DNA of 64,000 bases. Source: Terriglobia bacterium (GTDB lineage Bacteria; Acidobacteriota; Terriglobia; 20CM-2-55-15). Below the pieces are notes generated by a model, which was not told where the DNA came from, searched no databases, and saw nothing but the letters and a program-made list of their open reading frames with translations. Below are positions 10,059 through 19,602 of this stretch, piece after piece. Where the stretch lies: NCBI GenBank assembly GCA_965247425.1, contig OZ252023.1, positions 1,242,917 to 1,306,916 of the forward strand, given 5' to 3'. A program made the translations under genes and the position numbers. The first letter of the stretch is position 1. Every line of letters begins with the position of its first letter.

Positions 10059-11183
10059 ATGAAATTCGAGACACGCGCCGTGCACACGGGTCTGACCGTC
10101 GATGAAACCACCGGCGCCATCGCACCCCCGATTCATCTGTCAACGACATTTGGCCGTGATGAGGCGAGTCAGCCGATCGGAGGCCATACCTATATTCGGG
10201 AGTCCAACCCGAATCAGTCACGTCTCGAGCAGACGGTCGCCGATCTGGAGGGCGGGGAGGCCGGTCTTGCCTTCGCGTCCGGAATGGCCGCGGGTGCGGC
10301 GGTCTTCCAAGCGATGGAGCCGGGAACACATATGGTGATGCCCGACGATGTGTACTACGGTTTCGGCATCGCCGCTCGGGAGTTCTGCTCGAAATGGGGG
10401 ATCGCCTCCGACGCCGTACCGATGGACGATCTCGATCGGCTCGCCGCCGCGATTCGTCCCGAGACCGGTTTGATCTGGATCGAGACGCCATCGAATCCAC
10501 TCATGAAGATCGTCGACATCCGCAAGATCGTCGCGCTGGCCCGCAAGGCGGACGCGGTCGCTATTGTCGACAACACCTTTGCCACACCTGCCCTTCAGCG
10601 TCCAATCGAGTGTGGCGCGGACATTGTCCTTCATTCGGCGACCAAGTACTTCGGCGGCCATAGCGATGTGGCCGGCGGTTGCCTGGTGTTCGCCCGCCGG
10701 AGTCCATTGTTCGAGGCGACCGAGCGGGCGCAACACATCCTCGGAGCGTCGCTGTCTCCGTTCAACTCGTGGCTGATCCTTCGCGGCCTGCGGACTCTTG
10801 CATGCCGAATGCGGTCTCAGAGCGCCAATGCGCTCGCGGTGGCCCGCATGCTGGAAGGGCATCCGAATGTCCGTACGGTCCACTATCCGGGCCTCGGATC
10901 CCATCCGGGCCACGAGATCGCGAAGAATCAAATGTCTTCCTTCGGCGCCATGCTGTCGTTCCGGGTCCGGGAGGGAAGGGAAGCCGCCCTGGCTATTGTG
11001 GGGCGTTCGTCTCTTTTTGTTCGCGCGACCTCGCTCGGTGGCGTGGAAAGCCTGATCGAACATCGGGCAACGAGTGAAGGAGCGGATGCGATCAGTCCGG
11101 AGGATCTCATCCGCTTGTCGATCGGACTCGAACACCCCGACGACCTCATTGAAGATCTCGGTCGCGCGTTGTGTCCGGTGTGA
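10059..11183 (+). CDS. PLP-dependent trans-sulfuration enzyme (cystathionine gamma-synthase / beta-lyase / methionine gamma-lyase family)
   Basis: The PLP-lysine motif SATKYFGGHSDV is present, and the sequence matches the Cys/Met-metabolism PLP family throughout. 374 aa. Confidence 0.85.
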   Translation: MKFETRAVHTGLTVDETTGAIAPPIHLSTTFGRDEASQPIGGHTYIRESNPNQSRLEQTVADLEGGEAGLAFASGMAAGAAVFQAMEPGTHMVMPDDVYYGFGIAAREFCSKWGIASDAVPMDDLDRLAAAIRPETGLIWIETPSNPLMKIVDIRKIVALARKADAVAIVDNTFATPALQRPIECGADIVLHSATKYFGGHSDVAGGCLVFARRSPLFEATERAQHILGASLSPFNSWLILRGLRTLACRMRSQSANALAVARMLEGHPNVRTVHYPGLGSHPGHEIAKNQMSSFGAMLSFRVREGREAALAIVGRSSLFVRATSLGGVESLIEHRATSEGADAISPEDLIRLSIGLEHPDDLIEDLGRALCPV

Positions 11184-11455
11184 ATACCCGACTCCCCCTT
11201 CCGGGGTGTTTTCGTGTTACCGTTGCTTAGGGGACAACGACACTTCGTTCCGTTCCCACCACTTTATGACTTCAGCCATTGCCCTCTAAGAAGGAAACAG
11301 TCTCCAGGACGGTCCGGTCTTGCCGGACCCGTGTGTGTGGAGAGTCGTTTCCTTCCCCACTTCTTCTTTCCTGAGCCCGTGTTTGTTGCGCGACGTCAGC
11401 CGCGGACTCACGCGGTCTTACCGAATTCCTTACTTCTGATCGTTTGGTGGGAGAG

Positions 11456-12520
11456 ATGCGGGTGAACCTCGAAGACATAGGCTGGAATTCAGTCTTTAAA
11501 TCTCATTTTGAAAAATTGGAGCGGGCGGAACTCACGCCGGCTCGCGTGGTCCGTCAGGACCGGCATCGCTACCTGATGTTTTCCGAGGCCGGAGAAGTGA
11601 TGGCGGAGGTGTCGGGCCGGATGCGACATGACATCCAGAGAACAACGGAGTTTCCGGTCGTCGGAGACTGGGTGGTGCTTGAATGGACCCCCGAGTGGGT
11701 CCGGATCGAGGCGGTGCTGCCCAGGAAGAGCGCGATCTCCAGGCAGATGGCCGCGGGAGGAGGCAGAGAACAGATTCTGGCGGCGAACCTGGACACGGTA
11801 TTCCTGGTCTCCGGACTCGATGGTGACTACAACCCTCGCCGGATCGAACGATTCGTAAATCTTGGATGGGAGAGTGGAGCGACTCCGGTTCTGATCCTGA
11901 ACAAAGCTGACTTGTCGGTCGATGTCGATGCCGTGGTCCGTCGAGTGGAGGAATTGGCGCCTGGAGTCGCCGTTCATACCCTCAGCGCGAAAGAGCGGAT
12001 CGGTCTCGACGCCTTGGAGACGTACTTGACGCGGGGCCGCACGGCCGCCCTGCTCGGATCATCGGGCGTCGGAAAGTCGACCATCGTCAATTGTCTTCTC
12101 GGAACCGACCGACAGGAGGTGTTTGAGGTTCGCGAAGACGATTCCCGCGGTCGCCACACAACGGTGCGACGGGAATTGTTCGTGCTTCCCTCGGGCGGGG
12201 CGATCATCGACACACCCGGCCTGCGTGAGGTCCGTCTGTGGGGGGAGGAAGAAACTCTCGCGACGACTTTCGCCGACATCGAAAAATTGGGTATCGACTG
12301 CCGGTTCGGGGACTGCCGTCACGACGCGGAACCCGGATGCGGGGTCCTGGCCGCGCTCAAGCGGGGAGACCTGGAGCCCGGCCGGTACGAAAGTTACCGG
12401 AAGATGCAGAAGGAACTGGAGCATGTCGCAAGTCTCGAGGTCCCACACGAAGTCCGTGATCGAGACCGGCGCTTCTCTAAGATGGTGCGGAACGTCATCC
12501 GTGAGAAGAAGAAGGATTAA
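11456..12520 (+). CDS. rsgA: Ribosome small-subunit-dependent GTPase A (RsgA/YjeQ)
   Basis: LILNKADL, GSSGVGKSTIVN, DTPGLREV and a C-terminal zinc finger (CRFGDCRHDAEPGC). The start is uncertain: TTG 11444, ATG 11456 or GTG 11462. Confidence 0.85.
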   Translation: MRVNLEDIGWNSVFKSHFEKLERAELTPARVVRQDRHRYLMFSEAGEVMAEVSGRMRHDIQRTTEFPVVGDWVVLEWTPEWVRIEAVLPRKSAISRQMAAGGGREQILAANLDTVFLVSGLDGDYNPRRIERFVNLGWESGATPVLILNKADLSVDVDAVVRRVEELAPGVAVHTLSAKERIGLDALETYLTRGRTAALLGSSGVGKSTIVNCLLGTDRQEVFEVREDDSRGRHTTVRRELFVLPSGGAIIDTPGLREVRLWGEEETLATTFADIEKLGIDCRFGDCRHDAEPGCGVLAALKRGDLEPGRYESYRKMQKELEHVASLEVPHEVRDRDRRFSKMVRNVIREKKKD

Positions 12521-12526
12521 ATCCCT

Positions 12527-12634
12527 CAACGCAAAGGCGCGAAATCGCAAAGAACGCAAAGTTGTTTATATGGGATCCCGGAGTCCCGAAAAACGAAATG
12601 TGCGACATTTGCGTCTTTGCGTTTTTGCGTTGAA
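12527..12634. repeat. REP/MITE-like palindromic element, family 3, copy 1 (arms caacgcaaaggcgcgaaatcgcaaagaacgcaaag / tttgcgtctttgcgtttttgcgttgaa)
   Basis: Imperfect inverted arms flanking about 45 bp. The element begins 7 nt after the rsgA stop. Related copies lie at 24469, 57547 and 32740. Confidence 0.6.
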
Positions 12635-12653
12635 CTCCCCCGTCGGGGTACGA

Positions 12654-13352
12654 CTAGCTGGTCTCGGCGGCTGGAAGGCTCAGGCGGCGTATGACGACGA
12701 TAGCCACGATGATGGAGATGACGACTCCCGCAACCAGGGGCCAGACCAGCCATGGGAAAGCCACGAAGAGTTCCACCGAGATGTACGACTGGACATAGGC
12801 TATCGGGGCCATCCCAAGCGCCGTGCCCAGCATCACCGCGGACACGGGAATTGTCGTGATGCCGGCGGCGTATGAAACGATGTCGGACGAAGTGAGAGGA
12901 TTGACCCGCAGGAGAGCGATCATGATGAAACCGCGTCGGCGCAGCAGGTCTTCGTACCTGGCCAGGCTTTCGGGGCTGAAAAAATCCCGGGTCCAGTTCC
13001 GGCCGACGAAGGTTCGCATCAGCAGGCAGGCGATGCCGGCGCCGAGCGTGTTTCCCAGTAGCGTCAACGTCCCGCCCCAGAAGCCGCCGAACAGGACGCC
13101 CCCGGGCAGATAGAAGATCGTTCCCGGGATTGGAGCCACGACCACCTCGACAATGACGACCACGAGGTACAAGAGCGGACCCACTGGCCCCCAGCTTCTG
13201 AAGAAGGTCTGAAGCGCCGCCAGCTTGGATTCGGCCTCCATGTCGAAGTCCAGCATCAAGCTGACGATACCGCCGTTCCAGTACGACCAGGCCAACACCG
13301 CAGCGACGAGCGCGAGGCCCGCAACACCTAAAAGTCCAACCTTTCGCTGCAT
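12654..13352 (-). CDS. DedA / TVP38-TMEM64 family membrane protein
   Basis: Multi-transmembrane protein with a glycine-rich re-entrant motif (GTIFYLPGGVLFGGFWG) typical of the DedA/SNARE-associated family. Confidence 0.6.
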   Translation of the reverse strand: MQRKVGLLGVAGLALVAAVLAWSYWNGGIVSLMLDFDMEAESKLAALQTFFRSWGPVGPLLYLVVVIVEVVVAPIPGTIFYLPGGVLFGGFWGGTLTLLGNTLGAGIACLLMRTFVGRNWTRDFFSPESLARYEDLLRRRGFIMIALLRVNPLTSSDIVSYAAGITTIPVSAVMLGTALGMAPIAYVQSYISVELFVAFPWLVWPLVAGVVISIIVAIVVIRRLSLPAAETS

Positions 13353-13429
13353 GGCCCTCCTTCGAAGCTGATCAGGAACGATCTCAGAAAATCACACTGC
13401 GATCTTCCGAGCAAAGCTTTTGAGTCCGA

Positions 13430-14170
13430 TTACGAATAAACGCGTTGTAAACGTCGGCTCGTGTGATCGACGACGACAACTATCGCAAAGATGGCCAGAA
13501 TCAACGTCGCTACACGCTGGTACTGAAACAGGTTGGTCGTCGTGTAGATCATCTGCCCAAGGCCACCCGCTCCGACAACGCCCACGATCGTCGCGCTTCG
13601 TATGTTGGTCTCCCAACGGTACAGCGCAAACGAAATGCATTGGGCCCACGCCTGGGGAACCACCGCGTAGAGCGAGACGGCACTCGGGGATCCGCCCGCC
13701 GATGCGACCGACTCGACAATCCGGGCATCGACGTTTTCGAACGTGTCGCCGAACAGTTTCCCAAGTACACCGGAGGTATGAAATGCGAGGGCAAGAGCCC
13801 CGGCGGCCGGGCCCAATCCGGCCACGAAAACGAAGATCAGGGCCCAGAGCAGATCCGGGACAGCCCGTAGCAGGACAAACAGGCCGCGTGAGAACCAGCC
13901 GAGGCCCCGACGTGCCGTTGACAGCCAGGCGATCGAGAACGAGAACAGAAAGGCGAGTGCCGTGCCCGCGATCGATATCGCCAGGGTCTGCAGGGCGGCC
14001 ACTCCGGTTTGTCTGAGAAATTCCGGATCGACGGCAGGCGGAACGAACTCACCGAGTAGAGCGAGGATGCTGGATCGAGTCCAGCCGGCATCGGGCCAGG
14101 TCAGCCAGAACGATGCGAGGACACCGGCGCCACCGAGCGCGATCAGAGCCGTCCGTTTCGCCAAGTTCAC
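13430..14170 (-). CDS. phnE: Phosphonate ABC transporter permease PhnE
   Basis: PhnE-type conserved region (...SVASAGGSP...LYAVVPQAWAQCISFALYRWETNIRSATIVGVVGAGGLGQ). Confidence 0.8.
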   Translation of the reverse strand: MNLAKRTALIALGGAGVLASFWLTWPDAGWTRSSILALLGEFVPPAVDPEFLRQTGVAALQTLAISIAGTALAFLFSFSIAWLSTARRGLGWFSRGLFVLLRAVPDLLWALIFVFVAGLGPAAGALALAFHTSGVLGKLFGDTFENVDARIVESVASAGGSPSAVSLYAVVPQAWAQCISFALYRWETNIRSATIVGVVGAGGLGQMIYTTTNLFQYQRVATLILAIFAIVVVVDHTSRRLQRVYS

Positions 14171-14973
14171 GAAACCCTCCGAACCAGGGCGCTGATACGA
14201 TCGATTCCGATGACGATCAGAATCAGGGCAAGGATGATCGTGCTGACTTCCGAGTACTCGAACATCCGCATGGAGATGTCAATCTCCTGACCCAGTCCGC
14301 CGGCGCCCACGATGCCGAGCAGTGCCGCCGAACGGACGGCGCATTCCCACCTGTACATGGAATAACCGACCAGGTCGTGCCAGGCCTGGGGCAGGATCGC
14401 GTACACGAACTGTCCGGTCCGGCCCGCACCCACTCCGGCAATGGCCTCGATGGGTGCCCGAGGCGCCGCGTCGAGGAGTTCCCCGTACATCTTGCCCAGG
14501 ATGCCGCCGTAGCTGACACCGATAGCCAGGACTCCGGCGAAAGGGCCAAGCCCGACGATCCGGACGAAAAAGACCGCCCAGACCAGATCGGGAACGCTGC
14601 GGACAAAGGAGAGGAGAAAGCGGGTGGGCGTCGTCACCGTCCGGGTTCCCATCACGCTCGATGCACCGAATGGCCCCAGCAACGTACCGAAAGTGATCGC
14701 CAGAGTTGTTCCCGCAATTCCGATTGCAATCGTCTCTAATGTTGCCCGCGCCACCAGGCGGAGGAAATCCGGAGAAGTGTTGGGCGGGAACAGGCCGCCG
14801 AGAAACTCGGCGGCGGCCGCGATTCCGGCCATCGAGAAGATGACGGAGGGTCGGAGTTCGGAAAGGTACAAAGATGCGGCGATCATAACTGCAAGGACCA
14901 TGGACGTCCGTAACCCGGACGGTTGTTCCCGGGACGAATCGACTTCCAGGTGTAGTTGTTCGTATGTCCGCAT
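14167..14973 (-). CDS. phnE: Phosphonate ABC transporter permease PhnE (second copy)
   Basis: Paralogous PhnE-type sequence (ILPQAWHDLVGYSMYRWECAVRSAALLGIVGAGGLGQ). Its end overlaps the start of the downstream phnE by 4 nt. Confidence 0.8.
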   Translation of the reverse strand: MRTYEQLHLEVDSSREQPSGLRTSMVLAVMIAASLYLSELRPSVIFSMAGIAAAAEFLGGLFPPNTSPDFLRLVARATLETIAIGIAGTTLAITFGTLLGPFGASSVMGTRTVTTPTRFLLSFVRSVPDLVWAVFFVRIVGLGPFAGVLAIGVSYGGILGKMYGELLDAAPRAPIEAIAGVGAGRTGQFVYAILPQAWHDLVGYSMYRWECAVRSAALLGIVGAGGLGQEIDISMRMFEYSEVSTIILALILIVIGIDRISALVRRVS

Positions 14974-15006
14974 GTTCCCTTGTTGCTTTTCACCGGGTGA
15001 AACGAA

Positions 15007-15817
15007 TCAACCCGTTTGATGCGCCGATCTTTCCTTCGCGTACAAGTCGTCGAGCATGGCGTTGGTAACCCGTGATGGCGCGGTGTCGAAGAGTATCTGT
15101 CCATCCCGGAGGCCGATGAGGCGTCCGAAGTTGTGTCGGGCGAACTCGACCTGGTGGAGGTTTACGATCAGCGTCGCTCCTTTTCTCTCGGCCCAGGCGT
15201 TCAACGTGTCGATGGTCATTTGGGACAGGCCCGGATCTAACGACGCGATGGGTTCGTCCGCCAGCATGATCTCCGGGTCCTGGAACATCGCACGGGCGAT
15301 CGCAACCCTTTGCTGCTCCCCGCCGCTGACTTGTTCGGTCCGTTCGTTGAGCTTTTCCTCGATGCGGAACTTCCGGAGGATCATGGAGATCTCGTTTGTG
15401 TCGGGCACCACGAACTTCAAGACGGACCATAGGGGCGAGAGCTGCCCGAGCCTTCCTGCCTGGACGTTTCGGGCGATGCTCAGGCTGGGGACCAGATTGA
15501 AATGCTGGTACACGATCCCGATTCGGGCACGCATCTGTCTGTCTCGCCGGCGGCTGTTCCCCCAGCGGTGTCCATCGATTTCGACCCGGCCGGAATCCGG
15601 ATCGAGGGTTCCGTTGATGAGCCGCAGCAGGGTTGTCTTGCCCGCGCCGCTTGGACCGATCAGGGCGACACGTTCGCCGGTGCGGACCTCCAGGGTCAGG
15701 TCGCGGATAGGAACGAGGGCGCCGAAAGAGCGCGTGACGGTCTGGAGTCGGATATTGATGGGACCTGCCTTTGGACCGAAACCCGTGTTCTTGTAAGCCG
15801 GCTGCTCTGGCTGGCAT
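15007..15817 (-). CDS. phnC: Phosphonate ABC transporter ATP-binding protein PhnC; the N-terminus lacks a canonical in-frame start (probable 1-nt indel)
   Basis: Walker A (VALIGPSGAGKTTLL, nt 15630-15675) and the signature and Walker B motifs (VSGGEQQRVAIARAM, ILADEP) are in one frame back to a stop at 15864, with no ATG, GTG or TTG in that frame upstream of Walker A. An ATG at 15817 lies in the adjacent frame. Confidence 0.65.
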
Positions 15818-16163
15818 CGAACGACCGATCTGACCGGTGGTAGCGAAAATCTCGGAGATGGCTAACGTTTGGGAAACCAGGAACGTCTACCTGACATTAC
15901 GGGCGGGCTCAGGTGAAGCCGGCCGCGGTAGAGGCCCCGTCCTCGGGGTCGATGCTCGAACGCATTGGGCGACTATAGCAAAGGCCTCTGGAAAGACAAG
16001 ACACAATTGCCGGGGGGGCCCTTCCGGCCCTCGAAGGCCGGGGCGGGCGGTCCCGGCCGGTTGTCCCACCGAATGAACGGTTTGGAGCAGCGGAACGGCA
16101 TACAACTTTTTACAACATGCCCGGGAGATACTCGGGATCGGTGAGAGGTATATTCTGAAAACC

Positions 16164-17780
16164 ATGTCGTCGAGAACCAAGTTGATCGCGCTAGCCGTTG
16201 TCGCCGTCATGTTGCCGACAATGATTCTCTCGGTGATTCAGTATCGCTCGTTGCTCCAGCTTCAGAGCACGACGAAGCTGGCGGCTCAGGAGAGTCTGAG
16301 ACAAGTGTTGTACGGCCTGTCGGGCCGGGCCGAAGAAGAGTTGACCTGGATCGCCGAGCAAGCCCTCGGAACCCTCGACACCGAGTCTCTGTCCAGGGAA
16401 AACATTCTGGAACTCGAGAGGCACTTCGAGGCGGTTCGGACGGCGAATCCGGCAATCGACAGGCTCTTCCTTTCCTTCGTGTGTGGCTGCGAGAGTTTCG
16501 GTGTGGTCACCTCCGCGAACGGAAGCCGAAGGTTCGAGAACGAGAGAGCGGCCAGGAGGCTCGAAGTGGTCCAGGTTCAGGACCTGTTCGAAAGTGCCCG
16601 CACGGACGCCTATCCGGACGGACGGGTGGGCAGAGACTTTCTGTTCGCACACCTGTCCGATTGCAGAGGGCCATCCTGCCGTCAGGGCGACGATTTTGAA
16701 ACATATGTGTTCTACCCTTTGATCAATCAGGGTGGGGAAGAACTGGGCTTCGCGGCCATGTCGCTGAAAACGAAATACATCACCGATGAGCTGTTCGCCC
16801 GCGTTCTACCGGCAAAGCTTGATCGCGACCTGGCCATCGGGATCTTCGATGAGAACCATTCCGAACTCTATGCCACCCAGAAGGCACGTCAGACGTGGGA
16901 AGTCACCGTGCCCCTGGCACCCGTGTTTCCCCGGTGGAGCCTGGGAGCAGGCTTCAGGAACACGACGATCGAGGGCGCGGCGCAGCAGCAGTTCCAGGAG
17001 AGCCTGGCCCTGTCCTTGTTCGTTCTGTCATTGCTGGTTCTGGGCATTATCCTGACGCTCCGTGCGACAGCTCGAGAGATCCGGCTTGCCGAAGCCAAGT
17101 CCACTTTTGTGTCGAATGTCTCCCACGAACTGAAAACTCCCCTGGCCCTGATCCGGCTGTTTGCAGAGACGCTTGAACTGGGGCGCGTGCGGTCGTCGGA
17201 CAAGGCGCATGAATACTATCGAATCATCAGCAACGAAAGCAGACGACTGACGCAGTTGATCAACAATATCCTGGACTTTTCACGAATCGAAGCCGGTCGC
17301 AAAGAGTATCAGTTTGAAACGACCGATGTCGCCCAGGTCGTGCGGGAAGTCGTCGAGACGTATCAGTATCCCCTTGAAAACGCCGGTTTCAAAATAGTCA
17401 CCGTAATTGAATCCGACCTCCCGCCCGTCAAGATCGACCGGGATGCGATGTCGCAAGCCGTCCTCAACCTGGTGAACAATGCCGTCAAGTACTCCGCTGA
17501 GATCAAACGGATCGACATCCGCGTACGTTCAGCCGAGGGCCACATCGCCGTTGAGGTGGCCGACCAGGGCATCGGCATTCAAACCTCCGAACAGGAGAAG
17601 ATTTTCGAAAAATTTTACCGGATCAGTACCGGTCTGGTGCATGACCGGAAGGGGAGCGGTCTGGGCCTGGCCCTGGTCGACCATATCGTCAAGGCCCATC
17701 GTGGCGAGATTGTCGTAGAGAGCAAGCTGGGCAAGGGGAGCCGTTTTACCGTCCTGATTCCGCTGGCCGCTGACGGCTAA
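16164..17780 (+). CDS. Sensor histidine kinase (two transmembrane helices, a periplasmic sensor domain, HisKA and HATPase_c)
   Basis: H-box SNVSHELKTPLA. N, G1 and G2 boxes (NAVKYS, DQGIGI, GSGLGLALV). Confidence 0.85.
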   Translation: MSSRTKLIALAVVAVMLPTMILSVIQYRSLLQLQSTTKLAAQESLRQVLYGLSGRAEEELTWIAEQALGTLDTESLSRENILELERHFEAVRTANPAIDRLFLSFVCGCESFGVVTSANGSRRFENERAARRLEVVQVQDLFESARTDAYPDGRVGRDFLFAHLSDCRGPSCRQGDDFETYVFYPLINQGGEELGFAAMSLKTKYITDELFARVLPAKLDRDLAIGIFDENHSELYATQKARQTWEVTVPLAPVFPRWSLGAGFRNTTIEGAAQQQFQESLALSLFVLSLLVLGIILTLRATAREIRLAEAKSTFVSNVSHELKTPLALIRLFAETLELGRVRSSDKAHEYYRIISNESRRLTQLINNILDFSRIEAGRKEYQFETTDVAQVVREVVETYQYPLENAGFKIVTVIESDLPPVKIDRDAMSQAVLNLVNNAVKYSAEIKRIDIRVRSAEGHIAVEVADQGIGIQTSEQEKIFEKFYRISTGLVHDRKGSGLGLALVDHIVKAHRGEIVVESKLGKGSRFTVLIPLAADG

Positions 17781-18051
17781 GCAGCCTGTGGCGGGACTCT
17801 TGAGGGTCGCGCGCAGGGGGATTCGGGTTTCAGGCGCGAAGAGAGGAGCGGAGCGATGCTTTGTCATCGTGACCGACGAACGACAAAGCCTGAGACCCGA
17901 AGACCCCTGCGCCCGACGGGTTACGACGGCATCGGGTCATCTGCGGCGTTGCCACTCATCATCGATGGGTAGCATCGACGTCGTCGTGGCGCCGGATATC
18001 TGGCCCGATGACGCTCGTAACGCGACCCTCGAGAGTTCCGCCACAGGCTGC
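17781..18051. repeat. MITE-like element family 1, copy A (271 bp, roughly 31-bp terminal inverted repeats gcagcc(t/c)gtgg...gggtcgcg)
   Basis: Starts immediately after the histidine-kinase stop codon and ends 25 nt before the response-regulator start. About 85% identical to the copies at 49206-49520 and 51740-52011. Confidence 0.8.
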
Positions 18052-18075
18052 TAATAAATGGAGGAAGAGAAGCCA

Positions 18076-18756
18076 ATGCAGAAAGTTCTTGTTGTCGAAG
18101 ACGAGCCCGACATGATCCTGGGATTGAAGGACAACCTGGAGTACGAGGGATACGACGTGGACATTGCGAGCGACGGAGAGGCAGGTATCGAGCGGGCGAG
18201 TTCGGGCCGGCCGGACCTGATTCTGCTCGACGTGATGCTTCCCAAAATGAGTGGGCTGGATGTGTGCCGGAGCCTTCGAACCCAGGGTGCGGACATGCCG
18301 ATCATCATGTTGACCGCTCGCAGCCAGGAGGTGGATACCGTCGTGGGTCTGGAAGTGGGTGCGGACGACTATGTCACGAAGCCATTCAGTATCAAGGAAT
18401 TGCTGGCGCGCGTTCGAGCTCATTTGCGCCGTCGGTCGAATCAGGTGATCGAGGTCGACAACTACTCGTTCGGCGACGTCCGGCTGTTCTTCAAGAAGCA
18501 TCAAGCGTCGAAAGCGGGCGTGCCGATCGATCTGTCTCCACGCGAATTCGACATGATGAAGTACTTCATCCAGCGCAAGGGAGAAGCCATCACCCGTGAT
18601 GAGCTGTTGAACGACGTCTGGGGCTACACAAATTTTCCGCTGACACGTACCGTGGACAATCATGTTGCGAAGCTGCGCCAGAAGATCGAAGACGTTCCAT
18701 CGGAGCCGAAGCATGTGATCACCGTCCATCGGGTGGGTTACAAGTTCGTCGAATAA
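18076..18756 (+). CDS. OmpR/PhoB-family winged-helix response regulator
   Basis: Receiver domain (VLVVEDEPD...LILLDVMLP...) and a C-terminal trans_reg_C domain (VDNHVAKLRQKIE...ITVHRVGYKF). ATG 18076 is preceded by a ggagg SD. Confidence 0.85.
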   Translation: MQKVLVVEDEPDMILGLKDNLEYEGYDVDIASDGEAGIERASSGRPDLILLDVMLPKMSGLDVCRSLRTQGADMPIIMLTARSQEVDTVVGLEVGADDYVTKPFSIKELLARVRAHLRRRSNQVIEVDNYSFGDVRLFFKKHQASKAGVPIDLSPREFDMMKYFIQRKGEAITRDELLNDVWGYTNFPLTRTVDNHVAKLRQKIEDVPSEPKHVITVHRVGYKFVE

Positions 18757-18771
18757 ACCGAGGTGAACACC

Positions 18772-19410
18772 ATGTCCAACTTGAACCGCACCCTTGTTGC
18801 GACGATGTTGCTGGTCGGTCTATCACTTGTTGTCATCGGGCAGAGTGCGAGAGATCGGAACCGCGACCGCTGGCAGCGTCCTGACGAGGTCATGGACGAG
18901 TTGGGTCTCGAATCGGGCAGTGCTGTTGCCGACATCGGTGCCGGTCGCGGCTATTTTACTTACAAGTTTGCGGAGCGGGTCGGCCCGGCGGGCCGGGTGT
19001 ACGCCGTCGACATTCAGCAGGAACGGCTCGATCAGATCCGTCGTGGGTTGTCCCAACGGGGTTTTCGGAACGTGGAACTGATTCACGGCGAGCCGGACGA
19101 CCCCGGTCTGGCTCCAGACTCCGTGGAAGCCATTTTGATCGTCAACGCTTATCACGAGATGCGCGATTTTGATGAGATGCTGCAGGCGATGCACCAGGCC
19201 CTGAAACCCGGAGGCGTGCTCGGGATCATTGACGCGGAGGCGACCGAAGGACGACAACGCAGCCGATATCAGCGCGATCACGAGATTCCCGAATCACTCA
19301 TCAAGGAAGATGCCGCACGGAACGGCTTCGACTTTCTACGGAAAGGTAAAGGCTTCGTTTCAAGCGGTGACGACTGGTATTTTCTGATCTTCGAGGCACT
19401 CTCCCCTTGA
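18772..19410 (+). CDS. Class I SAM-dependent methyltransferase with an N-terminal signal or anchor sequence
   Basis: Motif I VADIGAGRGYFT. ATG 18772 with SD aggtg. Hydrophobic N-terminus LVATMLLVGLSLVVIG. Confidence 0.7.
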   Translation: MSNLNRTLVATMLLVGLSLVVIGQSARDRNRDRWQRPDEVMDELGLESGSAVADIGAGRGYFTYKFAERVGPAGRVYAVDIQQERLDQIRRGLSQRGFRNVELIHGEPDDPGLAPDSVEAILIVNAYHEMRDFDEMLQAMHQALKPGGVLGIIDAEATEGRQRSRYQRDHEIPESLIKEDAARNGFDFLRKGKGFVSSGDDWYFLIFEALSP

Positions 19411-19602
19411 CCGGTTTCGCTCCGCCAATCCCACAAATGAACACGAGCATCCGCTCGCTGGTCGCCCCCTGAACTCATAAGGCCCAACACAGCAATAATT
19501 TACGTCCTGTTGGGAATTGGTCCGAGACTTGCGCCTCTAAGCTAGGAGTCAGCGCTGCAGACAAGTATGACTTCCTGGCCATCCAAAAGGGGACTGAAGA
19601 AC

